A DNA stretch of 64,000 nucleotides from Octopus vulgaris (lineage: Eukaryota), in assembly GCA_951406725.2 (NCBI GenBank), contig OX597814.1:48112001-48176000 (forward strand). Direction: 5' to 3'. How positions within the stretch are numbered: the stretch's first letter is position 1; the number at the start of each line of letters is the position of its first letter. This document shows positions 40,520 to 55,100 of this stretch, piece after piece. Both the position numbers and the translations under genes were made by a program. The notes beneath the pieces are model-generated. The model made no database searches. It was not told the DNA's origin and worked only from the letters and a program-made list of their open reading frames with translations.

Positions 40520-41185
40520 AATATTATTTAATGGTCACAATACATGTATTAAAGTGCTACTAATAGTTTCATATGTTGAGAGAACTCAAACATATCTTCA
40601 GGAGCAAACCACATATAATGAACTAAAAAATTTAATAAATAGAAGAAATGTGATGATGCTGAGAAGGCAGCATATAGAAAATGCAGACAGTAAACAAAGA
40701 AAAATGAAACTAAATCATTTAAGGCCTAAGGAGGCCTTAAATGATAAGTTTTGAAAGATATCAAGTCAGGAAAAGGCAGAATTTTCCAATTCTTCAGAAT
40801 ATATTTATACATATGCATGCAACCACTAATCCCTAACTCTACTGAACTCCAGGTCAGAAATTTTCAGTAGTTACATGCATATGTATAAATACATTCTGAT
40901 GAATTGGAAAATTCCACCTATTCCTGATTGACTTGATATCTTTCCAGCCTTATCATTTAAGGCCTAAGGAGGATAACACTTTTTACCTCGACACTTTAGT
41001 TTCATTTTCTTTTGCTTACTGTCTGAGTTTTCTATATGCTATCTTCTCAGCTTCGTGTTTCTTCTATTTATACAATTTTTTTGTTATGATATGTGGTTTG
41101 CACCCGAAGAACATGTTTGAGTTATCTCAACACATCAAACTATTAGTAGCACTTTAATACATATATTGTGACCTTTAAATAATTT
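40520..41185. repeat. Long imperfect inverted repeat (foldback), arms ~310 bp
   Basis: ggtcacaatacatgtattaaagtgctactaatagttt... is mirrored by ...aaactattagtagcactttaatacatatattgtgacc; centre at ~40830-40866. Confidence 0.88.
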
Positions 41186-42807
41186 ATATATATATATAAT
41201 TGTGTGTAAAGGCATATGGCCTAGTGGTTAGTTAACTTTGACCGACATCTCTTGCTCTCATGTATTCTCATTTAGCCACTCAGAAATAGTACCTTCATGC
41301 TTCTTTTTCAGTAATGGTAAGGGTGAATATGCCTCATTCTGAATCCATTTCTCCAATGACATCTTGACATTCTATGGCACAGATCTGATGCTTACAACAC
41401 AAACCATGTGCAAATCCACTACTCTTGTAAGCATACATGATAACCTAGCTTTATAACTTTGTAATGCTTGTTGCTCCCCCTTTCCTTCCAGTGTGAGTGG
41501 ATAGACAACACACAACCCATAATTATCTATAAATGTAAGTTGTCTCCTGATCCATATAGGAGTCAACTGGTGTCACAAATCTGAAATTACAATTTGGTAA
41601 ATGTATCATATATACCCCAGTACAATAAAACATTCAATTATTTACATTCTGTCCATAGTCAGAGTCAAAGAAGGCATTCCAGTTACACTAATAAACTTTC
41701 TACTTGCATTATAAAGCTCTCAAAGACTTGTTTGAACATTTGATTACTAGCTGCACAGTTTGTACTGGCTATGGTTCTTCTTAATCTCTTCCCATAAAAG
41801 ACTAATGCCCTTACCAAAATTCCCAATAAAACTGATTTACATTGATGGTCCAAAAAAATTGTTTTCTTAGCTCTAAAAGTTTCAAACAAGATTTTAAGTG
41901 TCATAACTTTGTTATATAAAAAAAAAACCAAAAAAGTTATTAAATGCAAATTTTAAGTTTCTAGATACAATCAGGTCTTGATTTTGTGTGTGTGTGCATT
42001 TTTAAGGGAAAACCCATTTGACAATATATTGGTTTCAATTGATAATCATGGAAAGTAAATGGTATTCTGTGCTTAATGGTTGAATGAAAACAATCTGCAA
42101 ACTTCTGTAAGCTCTTGATAAGTATAATAATAAAAGCAAACATGCATTGAAGGGCACACATTAGTTGGCACATTTAAAACAGGACAATAAATAATTGTAA
42201 TAGAACAGGATTAAAATATAAAATTAATATTTACACTGCAATTATAACCAGGTAGGAGTTTTAGCAGGAAAATTACTGGAGGAGAGTGATGTGTGATTAC
42301 AAGGAAGAAAAGAATGAAGGAATTAAGCTTTTACCTACTTTATGTAACTAATTAAAATCCTCACCATCATTAATAAAATACAACCTGAACTATAAAACCC
42401 ATTTTACAACTTGAAAATTGATTCATCATCATAACCAGATAAATATATTGCATCAAAATTTTCAATAGGAAGAGAATTCAAACAAATTAAAATTTAAATT
42501 GAACATCTTTCAGTTATGTGAAAAAAAATACTAAGTAGGAACTAAGATTATAATTAGTTTTATCCAATTTATTTGTATTCAAATATTAAAAAACAAATTT
42601 TAAATACATATTAACCAAAAAGTAATACCTTTGACAACAGAGGAAAAAAAATGTTCCACTTTCTTGTCAGTAATTGGCTTCTATAAATAGTTATCTCAAA
42701 GGTTGAATGAAAATGGATACAGATGCAAAACTATTTTATCACTGTTATAAAGAAACCAACTTGATAATTTTAAGAGGGCAGAAAAAGAGAAAGAATAAGT
42801 AGAAAGA

Positions 42808-42813
42808 TTTATT
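42808..42813 (-). promoter_or_regulatory. Candidate polyadenylation signal (AATAAA) of HSP90B1
   Basis: tttatt on + strand about 260 nt past the stop, followed on the minus strand by a T-rich tract. Confidence 0.5.
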
Positions 42814-43073
42814 CACAAAGAATGATGTGTACACTTTCAATTCACTTCAGGCATAACAGTTTCACATGAAAAAAAATACAGAAACAAACAGAGAAAAGTC
42901 CTCTCAAAAAATGAAATGATATTTGACAGCAATATTTGATTTGATGAAGTATTAGTGAATTCTCCAAGGTAGTTGATAGGTGGTACTTGGTGGTAATAGG
43001 AAATTTCACACTTGTCAGGAACAACAGCTGCCAACTTTGTTAGTGTGAACAGAATAATTCCTCTTCAATGAGG

Positions 43074-43100
43074 TTATAATTCATCTGAATGATGGGATAC
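43074..43100 (-). CDS. HSP90B1: HSP90B1 last coding exon (VSHHSDEL*)
   Basis: attttatcag|GTA TCC CAT CAT TCA GAT GAA TTA TAA; xDEL ER-retrieval ending. Confidence 0.88.
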   Translation of the reverse strand, partial: VSHHSDEL

Positions 43101-46100
43101 CTGATAAAATGAAAAGTAATATAACGTTATAAACACAGAATCCCCTGCCAACCAGTACTGTGTGCCTCTCTGCCAGGTTTGTGTGTGCACACTAGGAAAG
43201 CCTAACAAAAGAGTTAGTGGAAGTGTCAAAACACACCATGCTTAATATGTATATATTATATAATCAAACAGCTATTAGTCAAGTTGTCTACAGACTACTT
43301 AGAGTATTTCTATAACTTCAGAAATCTACTGATGCTATATCTATAAGGTTAACCCTTTTGTTACCATATTTCCCTGCCTCATGTGTTTTAATTATATTAA
43401 TCAAATTTAGGCTCACCATGTGAAGCATATACAAGTGTCTTGAACACAAAAGATTCTTCCCTAAGCCAATTATGGAATTTGTCTTACAATTACTGATTAC
43501 AAATACAGTTAAATTTCAAATACAGCTATTTAAATTTTATTTAAATATCAATAAGGTATTAGCCAATATAGCTTACTAAATGCTCTGCATTTATTGCAAA
43601 TATGCCATGTGTTTGTTCAATTTGTCCCATTTCCTATGCTTACATTTTACATCATAATCAGTCATTGCCATTATATGGAACACTTAAATTGAATACACAG
43701 TCAACAGGTTTCCAGCCATGAGGATAACTGACTGGCTTCAGTTTCTAAAAATTTTGGAAGCTAAATATTTACATTTTCTTTCTCTTCATAGAAATTATTG
43801 CTTGACATTATTTACACATTCAGGAATTGAAACATTTGGTTTAATGACTAATTTTTAAATATTTACTGCATTTGAAAATCATTTCAAATTCAGAGGTATT
43901 ATTACTAAATCTGAGGTTTTATATAGTAAGGGGGTGGGGGCAGAGCATAAAAAGAAAAGGAAAAGTATTAACATATCCTAACAAGTTACTTATGCTGAAA
44001 ATGTTGGAGTGTGTACAGCATGTTTATTTAGTGAAATCCTACTGTGAATATAGCAATATTTGTTGATATTTTAACATGAAAAAAATGGGTGGTATTGGGT
44101 GGGTTGGTAACAAAAGGGTTACATACAAGAGCAGGAACAAAATTCCTTCAGTGGTATTAACACTTAAATGCTGTAGACAATTATAAACAAGAGGAACAAC
44201 AATTTTGCCCTTCAATTTTGAAAGGTGAAGAGCACACACACAAAGGCAAAAGCAGCAACACAATAACTGGAAGATTAAAAATTCATACTATTGTCACAGA
44301 ATTCATGCAAATTACATCATCATGCAAATAATTTGTAAAGTTGAGCATGCTATGGTATTGTCAAGCAAACAATCTAGTCAAAGAAAGCATGGTAACAATT
44401 ATCTTTGAATTGGGGAAAACAATGACAATCTGGATCTTAATGTAGAGAAAGTACTTTTATCATTTATTAGCATCTACACTTATGTTTTGCAAAATATGGA
44501 TAAAATTTTTAAAAGATGAGAGAAAGGAAACATACATGTAAAAGAAATTGATAACTGAGTTTTACTGCAGAATATACAGATTGGAGCCGTACATAATAAG
44601 GAAAGTAACTTTAATCATATTAATTTCAGAAATTTCTAAGTTGAACTGTCTTTGTATTTGGTAGACAATCAATTCAATATTGTTTATTTTTTAAAAATAA
44701 ACTGCTAAAATTTAAGATACGATCTATATGTTTGAGTGACAATGTAAAAACTAATTTGGTCAATCACTAAAATCCATGCAAATTTATGATATAACCACAA
44801 AACTTTTGTGTAAAAAATTATCAATTAGGAATTATCGTCATTGTTTAACGCCCACTTTCCATGCTAGCATGAGTTTGACTGAGGGCTGGCAAGCCAGAAG
44901 GCTGCACCAGGCTCCAATCTAATTTGGCAAAGTTTCTACAACTGGATACCCTTCCTAATGCCAACCACTGAGAGTGTAGTGGGTGCTTTTTACATGTCAC
45001 CAGCATGAGGGCATTGACCATGCTTGAATGGGGCTTTTTACGTGCCACCGGAACAGGGGAATGTAATTGATAAAATCCAATGTTCGAGAGATCAAGAGAA
45101 AACTGAATTATATAGTTTCTGTTCTCTCTCTATTGCAACATAACATGTATTTTTGAACTACTTAATTGTAGTAGGTTCTTTCAGTTAAAAAGTGCCTGTT
45201 CCTCATAACTACACAAATTTACAATGTCAATATTTGCCCCATATATATTGGGATGCAAGGTCAATTTTCATAAATACAGTAAACATTGCTCAACATTCAA
45301 AAAGATGGAGCTGGAACTGATCAGTAAGGGTATTTCTATATTGAAATGAGTTAAAAATTTCATTTATTCCAGTCACCGTTGCAATAAAAGTAAACCTTTA
45401 TATCATAATTGTGTGCATGCATACATATATAACTGGACAAAAGCATGGCTAAGTGGTTAATAAGCTCATTTAGCAACCATGAGGTTCATGAGAGAGCCTA
45501 CTGTGCAGTGTCTTGAACTTCACTATAGCTTTGTGATGTCCCAAGCCTTGCAAGTGAAATTAGATAATGAAAAGCCTGTTGGAGAGGCTGTGCCTGCATT
45601 TCAAAAAATCAGTCTCATACTGACTTTTTTACTTGAGAATTGTGAAGGGTACATGCTTGTGGAATACCCAACCACTTCCCATGCTAATTCAATAATTGTT
45701 CAGTTGATTGTTCCATCAGTTGCAATACAATACACAGTTGTTCAATTATATATAATCATCACTGTTAACCATAAAAATACAAGGGGAATCCAGGCAAATT
45801 AAATGACCTGGAAAAAAAAAACTGGCAATCAATTTTGTCATGAAAAATATATTTACGGAGTTTACTTACTTTTTCTTCCTTTTCATCTGTTTCACTTGCA
45901 TCAGCATCAACCTTTTCTTCCTGTTCTACTTGCTCCTCTTGTTCTTCAGGTTCTTCCTCAACCTAAAACATTTCAGTTAAAAATCTTATTTCCTAATGCC
46001 AAGTAATTAAACTAGGGTGTTATAAGAGTATGATAGAAATGGGGATTTAAGTGGATGCATGTCATTTGTGAATATCCATTTGGAGGGGAAGAGGAGATTT

Positions 46101-49100
46101 AGTGGGCCAAGGAGGAGGTAATAAAGAACAATAATAGAGAGAATGTGAAGCGTAATGGGTAAAATAGTTATTTACAGCATTAGAAATAGTGCTGTAGCTT
46201 GACGAGTGATGGGGGAAATGGATTTTAGAATGTGTGTAGTTTTAACATTCACTTTTCGGTGGTTGCATGGGTCAGATGGAATTTGTTGATGCATATTTTC
46301 TATGGCAGGATGACATTCCATCATCAACCGTCACCTGTTTAATATTTATTCTTGGCTGGGCATAATGGTGACTTGTTTACAACAGTTGTGATGTGGAGAC
46401 AAGACAACATCTACATATATGTATGTACACACGCACAACAAGGTTCTTTCAGTTTCTATCTCACAAAGAGGAAGAACTAACTCAAAGTGTCAAGCAGAGG
46501 GACTGAACCATGTGGTTGAGAAGTGAACAACCACACAGCCATACACACAAATCCCCTAACATCTGTTTTCCATGCTGGCAAGGGTTGGATGAGGATACAA
46601 TGGATCACAGACTGAATCATACTCCAGTGCCTGCCTCGGCATGGTTTCTATGACTGGATGCCTTTCTAAACAAAACTTTCTGTGTATGCTAGGTGCTTTC
46701 TTTTTTTTTTTTTTGTGTCAGTGGCACTATTGAGGTTACCATGTAGTTTGCAAGTCAACAAACCCAGAGAGTGAGGATATTGATCTCTATGCTAGATACA
46801 CATGTAATATCTCAATTGAAAGTATTATTGAACATGTAATGTATATGAAACATCCACTTTTCTCTGCTTGCATGGATCAAGCAGATTTTGTATGGCTGGA
46901 TACTATTCCTGTTGTCAACCTTCACTCATTTCTAAATAAGGTAATATTTCACTATAGCTAGACATGTTTTCAGGGAAGATCAGAAACAAAGGATACCACT
47001 TGCTTATAACTATCACATGATGTCAAGGCAAGGAGACAACAAAAACACACATGCATAAATAGGTATATATGAAGAAGTGTGGAAAAGTTCCTAGCTTTAA
47101 GTGTATCCCAAAAAGCCTGGTTGGAAGCCTAACCTTCCAAGTTCTTTTACAGAGCTTAGAAAAAAATGAAGGACTGCTGTAATAAATGTGTAAACCTGAG
47201 AGGGGAATATGTTGAATAAAATAACTGATCCTCCTGTATTTTGTTTTATGCAGAACCAGGAACTCAGAGTACCAACAAATTTGAATTAAACTGTTTTCAT
47301 CCATATATATCATCATTTAACATCCATTTTCAATGCTGGCAAGGGTTGGACTGCTTGACAGGAGCTGGCCAGCTGAAGAGCTACCCAGGTTCTATGTCTG
47401 TTTTGGCATGGTTTCTGTGGCTGGATGCCCTTCCTAACGCCAACAACTTTACAGAGTGTACTAAGTGCTTTTACGCAGCACTGGCATGGGTACATTTACA
47501 GTAAGGGTGCTTTTTACATGACACCAACACCCATGAGCCAACAAGGTTAGGAATGGTCAGCTGGAGAGGAATGCAGGGGACTGTCTGTAGGTAAGGACAA
47601 TCACACTTTCAAAGAATCTGAAGTATCTTTTCAAGCATAGTAACCCACCAGGAGTCTTGGTCCTGTTATCCCCTCAAAACTTCATTCCAGGTCTTCCTGA
47701 GTATCCCTTCCACATGTTCCCTCTACAATTTGAGACTGGCATCTCAATGCAACTGTCTTCATTCATATGCATTACATAGCCATACCAGTATAGTCTTCTC
47801 TTACACATTACATCTGATGCCTTGTATACCTAGTTTTTCTGTCAAGTCACTATTGTATATACAGACATTACTCAGCTATCAGAGCAAACTGGCTTCATTT
47901 CTTTCAAGCCTTTGCATATCCCAGTAGTTACAGCCCATGTCTCATTGCTACGTAGCATAGCTGTTTATACATAGGCATCATACAATCTGCCTTTCACTCT
48001 GAGGGAAAGGCCCTTTGTTACTAACAGAGGTAGTAGCTCTGAAATTTGCCCAGCCTATTCTTATTCTAGCAGTTATGCTTTCAGAACAACCTCCCCACTA
48101 CTAATTTGGTCACCTACATAAACTGTCTACTTCTAATGATCCCCTGACACCTTTAAATATTGAGCAGGGCCATCTCCCTTTTGGTTTTCCTACTTAATAC
48201 TTTAGTCTACATACACATCTATGAGTGTGCATATGTCATATCTGTTTACATTTCTTAGATTGTTGATGTCAAGGCAAGGAGACAACAAAAACACACATGC
48301 ATAAATAGTATATATGAAGAAGTGTGGAAATGTTCCTAGCTTTAAGTGTATCCCAAAAAGCCTGGTTGGAAGCCTAACCTTCCAAGTTCTTTTACAGAGC
48401 TTAGAAAAAATGAAGGACTGCTGTAATAAATGTGTAAACCTGAGGGGGGAATATGTTGAATAAAATAACTGATCCATGGAAAAAAGGTTACTATCAGGAA
48501 GGGCAAGCATAGAAAAACAGATTAGTTGGGAACTAAACAGACGTTTATATATATACAGGTATGAAAAGTATTGGTGTCAGGAAGACCCAAAAGGTATTGG
48601 GTAAACACTAAGTAAGAGCTCTGGATAGACCATGGTTAAGCTCCAGGCTCGATAATGATACGAGTGAAGAGTCCAACGTGGTCATGTATTAGCATGCAGA
48701 TATATAAATTGACAGAATGAGATAAAAACCGAAGGTAATAAATAGATTACATAATATTTATCAAGAAAAAAGTCTACAGCTGTTTCTGCAATATTTTATA
48801 TATCCCTTTAGAGACGGTGCAAGAAAGTGTTTGAGTATTAATTGTTGTAGAGAAGATATGAAATACAGAGAGAAGTAAGAGAATGAATATAGAAGTGAGA
48901 TACACAAGGATATTGTATTTGCAGTTCCATTATTCAAGTAAAATGGTGTATATAAGTGATGAAAAAATTTTCTTATACTTGGTGTGTGAGTTCCAATGGT
49001 GGTTATATTTGGTCGTTCTAAGCACAGAGCCTTGTAAACAGTATTGGTTGATCGAGGGTTTTTTTGGGGGTGAATTAAAATATGTTGGTAGTGTTAATGG

Positions 49101-52100
49101 ATAGATAGAGGGAGAAGAGATGTGTATGATTAGAAAGAGGAGATAGGTCAAATCAAAAACAGGAAGAGAGAATGGGAGAGAAAAGAGAAGCAAAAGGACC
49201 TCTTCCTTTTGCTTCTTCTATTTACTGTCTTGGTTTTTTTTTTTTTTTTTAAATCTCATTCTAAGAATTTATATATACATATGATTATAGAGGTGCAAAC
49301 AGTAATATTTTGAAAAGAGTTTAATATTCAATTTTATATGTGTGTCTTAAATTGATAAATATAACATACATAAAAATTTGCAATTTTGACATTAAACAAC
49401 GATTTGTTTTGATTAAAATATCAGGTACCGCAGAGCTAAACTTCTCACTATAACTCACCTGCATTTAGCACCCCTTACTATCTCTCATCCCATCTGTTTT
49501 GCCAGCATAATCAGAATGTGAAACGCATTGCATTTTATTACAGATTTTTATATATAGATATCAAATACATACATACAAATGCGTGTTTGCTTACATTTGC
49601 ATGTGATGAAAGACTAGCTATGTACGAGTGGTGGTAGTGTTAGGTATGTAAACAAATTGTCCGCTAACTTCACATCTTCAAAGATGTGTGAAATACAGGT
49701 AAGAATTAACAGGGAGGGTATGTCTGTAAAACAGGGTTTCAATATATTTTTCTAACCTATGCTAACATGGAAAAACAAATGGAACAAGAGAACGATTCAT
49801 AAACATGCGAGTTAAATGAACTTACCATATCTTCACCGTCAATATTCAAACTCAATCGAAGCATTCTCTCTACTCTACCAGCAAAACCAGCAGTATCAGG
49901 AACTAAATAACCTGATCTCATAGTTGCTGTTTCAAAAAGTATGACAGCTAGATCTTTGGCTGTTGGATCATCTTTATTACTCTGAAAATAAAGAGAAGTG
50001 AATGCATTGAATGTGGTTAAATAAAGGAAGTTTAGGAGAAGGGACAACTGTTGAAATGACTGGGTCTTAATGTGATTTGCATGGTAATTGCAACTGATGT
50101 GAACTGTAGTGTTGTACAATCTATACAAAGAGCGTGTATGACAAAATAGTAAATGTACAGCAAAAAGAGCTAGAATGAAGAAATTGAGCCCTAAAAACAT
50201 GGATCCAAATAGTGAATGCAGCAGCAACATTGTAGGACTGATTTTGTATCCATAATTTTGTGTTTTATGCAATATATAGGTTGGATGAAAATATTTGAAT
50301 TCAAATCTTATTGAAGAATAGCCATAAGTGTTAGGATGACTCACTAAAAGTTGCTATAACAGCCTCTACTTGTTTCATAACTCACTTTAGCTTACACCAC
50401 TTGTTACTATCAAGCTGAGATGAATAGAACAGGCTAAATAAAATATTGTGTTAACCTTCATTCATACTTTTATCACCAACTTGCATGGGGATAGGCCATT
50501 TAACAAAATTTGCATCAATTCTTATTGGCATTACAGCTATTTTAGATGTGTCAGAAGATCATGTCTCATTCAAGACATCTATTGTGGCATGGTTTCTACA
50601 GCTGGTTTCCTTAACTCAAACCACTTTACAGAGTATACTGGGTGATTTAAATTTTTATTGTTGTACCACCAGCACTGGAATGACACTCATACCCTCGGTG
50701 AGACTAAAGGAGTCTGCAAAGTAAAATTTAACATCTTGCACACATTTTAACTTTAATACAAATAAACTTACCTCAACTTTTTCTTTCAACATTTTGATAA
50801 GCTTGTGTCTGGGATTTATTTCAAGTGTTCTTTTCTGGTTAGCAAAATAGCTGGAAAAAAAATTCTCATATTGAAATAAATGTTAATTAGATATTTAAAA
50901 TAGCTACACTTATTGTTGCCTCAAGTAATTATAACAGGCTAGTAGCAGTATAATGCATAAGTATACTTCTTAAATCAAAGCTGACTAGTCTGGATACGTT
51001 CCAGGTTGTAATCATTTCAAAAACACTAAATGTCTAAAGGAAAACACTAACGTAAGTTCTCATTTCTCACTCAAATTATTAAATTTATATTCATTATGTT
51101 TGATACCTCTCTTTACAAAACCTCAAATAGATGGCTCCCACACTTGCATGAAATATCTGATTGATCATGAGATATATATTAGTGTCAAAGAACTAAAGAT
51201 ATTTAAGGTTTAGATTGTATTTAATACAACTGAAAACTGAAACAAAGGACACTAAAAATATTTGCTAAGTAATTTATAAAAGTGCCAATTTAAAATCCTT
51301 TTGCAACTTACTCCTGTGATGAATCTTTAGCTTTGGCATAGGCTTGGGCTCTCATAATTCTTTCCATGTTGCCAGACCAACCATATTGACTAGCAATCAA
51401 GGCACACGGGGAGGAAGACAATCTTTCAGAAACTGTAGCTTTTTCAATCTGACAAAGAAAAAATAGGAGTCAAAATACCTTAAAAAGAAAGCTCTTATAT
51501 ATAAGCTAAATTATTTTGAAAATATTTCAAAAAGATTTTCAACATTATAGGTGCAGGTGTGGCTGTGTGGTAAGAAGCTTGCCTCCCAACTGCATAAAGG
51601 CAGTGAGCTGGCAGAAATGTTAGCATGCCGGGTGAAATGCTTAGCTGTATTTCATTTGCCGTTACGTTCTGAGTTCAAATTCAACCAAGGTCGACTTTGC
51701 CTTTCATCCTTTTGGGGTCGATTAAATAAGTACCGGTTATGCACTGGGGTCAATGCAATCAACTTAATCTCTTTGTATGTCTTTGTTTGTCCCCTCTATG
51801 TTTAGCGCCATGTGGGCAATAAAGGAATAAGAACTGCATGGTTCTAGGTTCAGTCCCACTGGATGGCACCTTGAGCAAATGTCTACTATAGCTGACCAAA
51901 GCCTTATGAGTGGATTTGGTCGATGGAAATTAAATGAAACCCGTTGTGTATATAGTAATAATAATCCATGGATGGAATTTATAAATATTTATCCTAAATT
52001 ATATCAGCACAGCTTGGTGAGACCCTAAAAAACTGGTACTGCCATTTAGTATCATTAGGCTGAAGCTGGTATAATAAAATAGTTTTTGTGTTTCCCGTAA

Positions 52101-55100
52101 ATGAACTTAAAGGAAATATATACATATATGCATAATGAGAGTGTGTGTATGTATTTGTTCCTCTACCACTGCTTGACAACCACTGTTGTGTCCCTGTAAC
52201 TTATTGTTTGAGCAAAAATAGTCCAATAGAATAAACATAAGGCTTTAAAAAAGCAAAATAAGTACTGGTGCTGAGTGCCCCAGCATGGCTGCATTCTGAT
52301 GACTGAATCCATTAAACCATTCCCTATATTTCCCTATGAGAAGAAAGTCCAAAATTTTAGATAAAAATTTACCTGATTGCTCAATGCATCATCTTTCAAC
52401 CATTTCAGTAGGGGTTCATATTCTTTTTCTAAACTTTCTTTCTTTTCCTTAGCATTTTCAGAATCAGAAAGAGATAAACCTTCTTTGGCAACGTTTTGGA
52501 ATTTTTTGCCTTCAAATTCTGGTAAAGCTTGAATGCAGTATTCATCAACAGGCTCTATTAGATAGAGTACTTCATAACCTTTCTTAAGTAGTCGCTCCAC
52601 AAAAGGTGAATTTTTCACCTGAAACAAAAATAGGTTGTTCAATTTTCATATCAAAACTTTAGGTATTTTTTCATCCTGTATTCACGTTTGTAGATAACTA
52701 TGACAGAATATTTGATTCAAACAATAAAAGAACCAGCAGACTTTTCTAGATTGCATCAATGATTTCACACAAACGACAGAGTTAAATGAATCTGGCCTTT
52801 ACATATTTTAAACAATTTAAATATTGTTCATCAGAAAGAAAGAAAAAAAAAGCTAAGCTCTAATATGTATATTTCTAACTAAAAGATTAAATGAGATTTA
52901 GCAGAAATTTAATGATTTATCAGAGTTTTTCAGCAAGACAATGGTATGTGCAAATACATTAAGTTAAGAAATACCTTTGTGGAATTCTATGTACAAATCA
53001 AAGTTAGAGTATTTATACAAAACTAATATGTAGTTTGCTTGCTTTCATAGCAACAACAGATTATAACAGGATATGCTGCTGTCAAGTGAATGCAATATGA
53101 CTAGTTTGCCACAACATTGCCTAGTTGAGTGAAAAGCCTCAACAGAATCACTTGCTAGAAACAGCAGAAGAAATTTTATATCCCTTTTATTGCAGGTGTA
53201 GTTGATCAGGAATAACCTAAGATTAGGCAACAATGTTGTGTGCACTACTTATATTAGACAAAAATATAGAACATTGAATTAACACCTAAGTATACCAAGA
53301 GTGAGGGGTGAGATTAAGTCCTCTGCAAATGAAATTATTTTCCATGCCAGCAAGGAAGGCAGGTATAGAAATACAATAAGAAAAGTCTTTTGTTTCATTG
53401 AGAACTCAACCCTTTTGTTACCACACTATTTCTAATGAAATGCACTGCTTGCATTTTAATTTTGAAAAGAATTTGGAGAAATTTAATAAAATAGTCTTTT
53501 CATTAAGCTGATGTCTAAAACAAATTGAAAGATAGATGGTTGCAATATAAATATGAACACTTCAAATTGACAATTTTCTTTTTTATTGTGGTCAGTTTCA
53601 AGGATATTGGCATCTAAACAGTTAATTCTTATAATCCCAAAGAAATTGATCATATCAAAAATCTTTGTCCATTATCTCCCACCATTTATATATCAAATCT
53701 TCATGCATACATTTAAATAATAATAATAAAGGTTTTCCTTACCTCCTTCTGTGATGTTCCAGCCACAAAATAAATAGCTGTTTGTTTTTCTTTCATTCTT
53801 TCCACATATTCAGCTAAACTTGTTTGTTCAGTTTCAGAATTGGAAGAATAAAATCGTAGAAGTTTAGCAAGTCTAGTCCTGTTAGATGGATCTTCAATCA
53901 CTCCAAGCTTGATGCTAAAAAGGTTTATGGTAAATTGTGTATAACAAAATATAAAACATTTCATAAACTATGTATAAATATGTAACCAAAACTATTAAAA
54001 GTAATTCTACTATAATCCTCAACAGCAATCAAATTATATGATAACACCAACATCTTTTGCTATTTTTATTGAGTGTTCCTGCTTCTCTCAATCATGAGAA
54101 TGGCAGAATAAAATTTAAAAAAAAACAGGTCAATTGTAAATTGATCAAGTTTTACTGCCATGGCCTTTTCTAGGAGCAATATCAGTATCAACATGATGAT
54201 TAACTAAGAGAAAGCAGTTCTGATTGGAAAAAGAGAGAGGAAAGTAGTCAGTCATTCCACCAGAGGTTTTGAAAGTACATAGATGCACAAATATTAAAAG
54301 TAGGTGCATAGGAAGGCTGACAGACACAAATGGAGAAGAATTTGAAGTGTGCAAGCAGAAAACCATTATTTAAAGATATTATGAGATAGTGGAGGTTCTG
54401 CAAAAAATGCATTCTCGAAAACATAAAATGTCTTTGCAATATTCATATTCATATTGTTCAGTTATATTTAACATTTTGTCCATTTAGTGCTAATGGTCTA
54501 TACAGATTTCCTTCTCTCTTAAACTGAACCTTTGGGTAAGTAGAGAGAAACCTAACAGCTGAAATACCCATAAAACTTGTGCTAGTCTAGGATAAGTTGT
54601 CCTGTCAACCACCTTTTCCCATCTACCATAGACATCTTCATACCCAGCAACTACAACCTGCCACTAAAGAGCTGGGAAAATAGGCTTCTTGCTGCAACAG
54701 ATTTACTTCATGTAAGTCTATTTGTAAAACTTTGCCAAAAACTGAGATGTCTAAGCATTAATAACTCCATCCAGGGGAGATGGGTGCCTTCACACGTCAC
54801 ATGCAACCTCTGTAGTACTGGTAGCATGATTTTAGGGTACTTTAGTGTTTTATACTTCTTAAACTTATGAAAACATAGTATCTAGGCAGATAATTGTGAA
54901 AATCTGACATATTGGCTTACTTTGTGCTGTATTCTTTCCAGAAGCTTGCAAATTCCTCTTTGTCAATTTTCTTAATCATGTCCAATGTCTTACGAACAAG
55001 TTTTTTTTTGATGACTTTAAGAAGTTTATGCTGTTGTAAAGTTTCTCGTGATACATTCAATGGGAGATCATCTGAGTCGACCTGTAACAAAGAAGTCACA

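Noticed and set aside
49757-50344. 195-aa ORF as a separate gene
   Set aside because: Only 49826-49981 is coding (an HSP90B1 exon); the rest is open intronic sequence.
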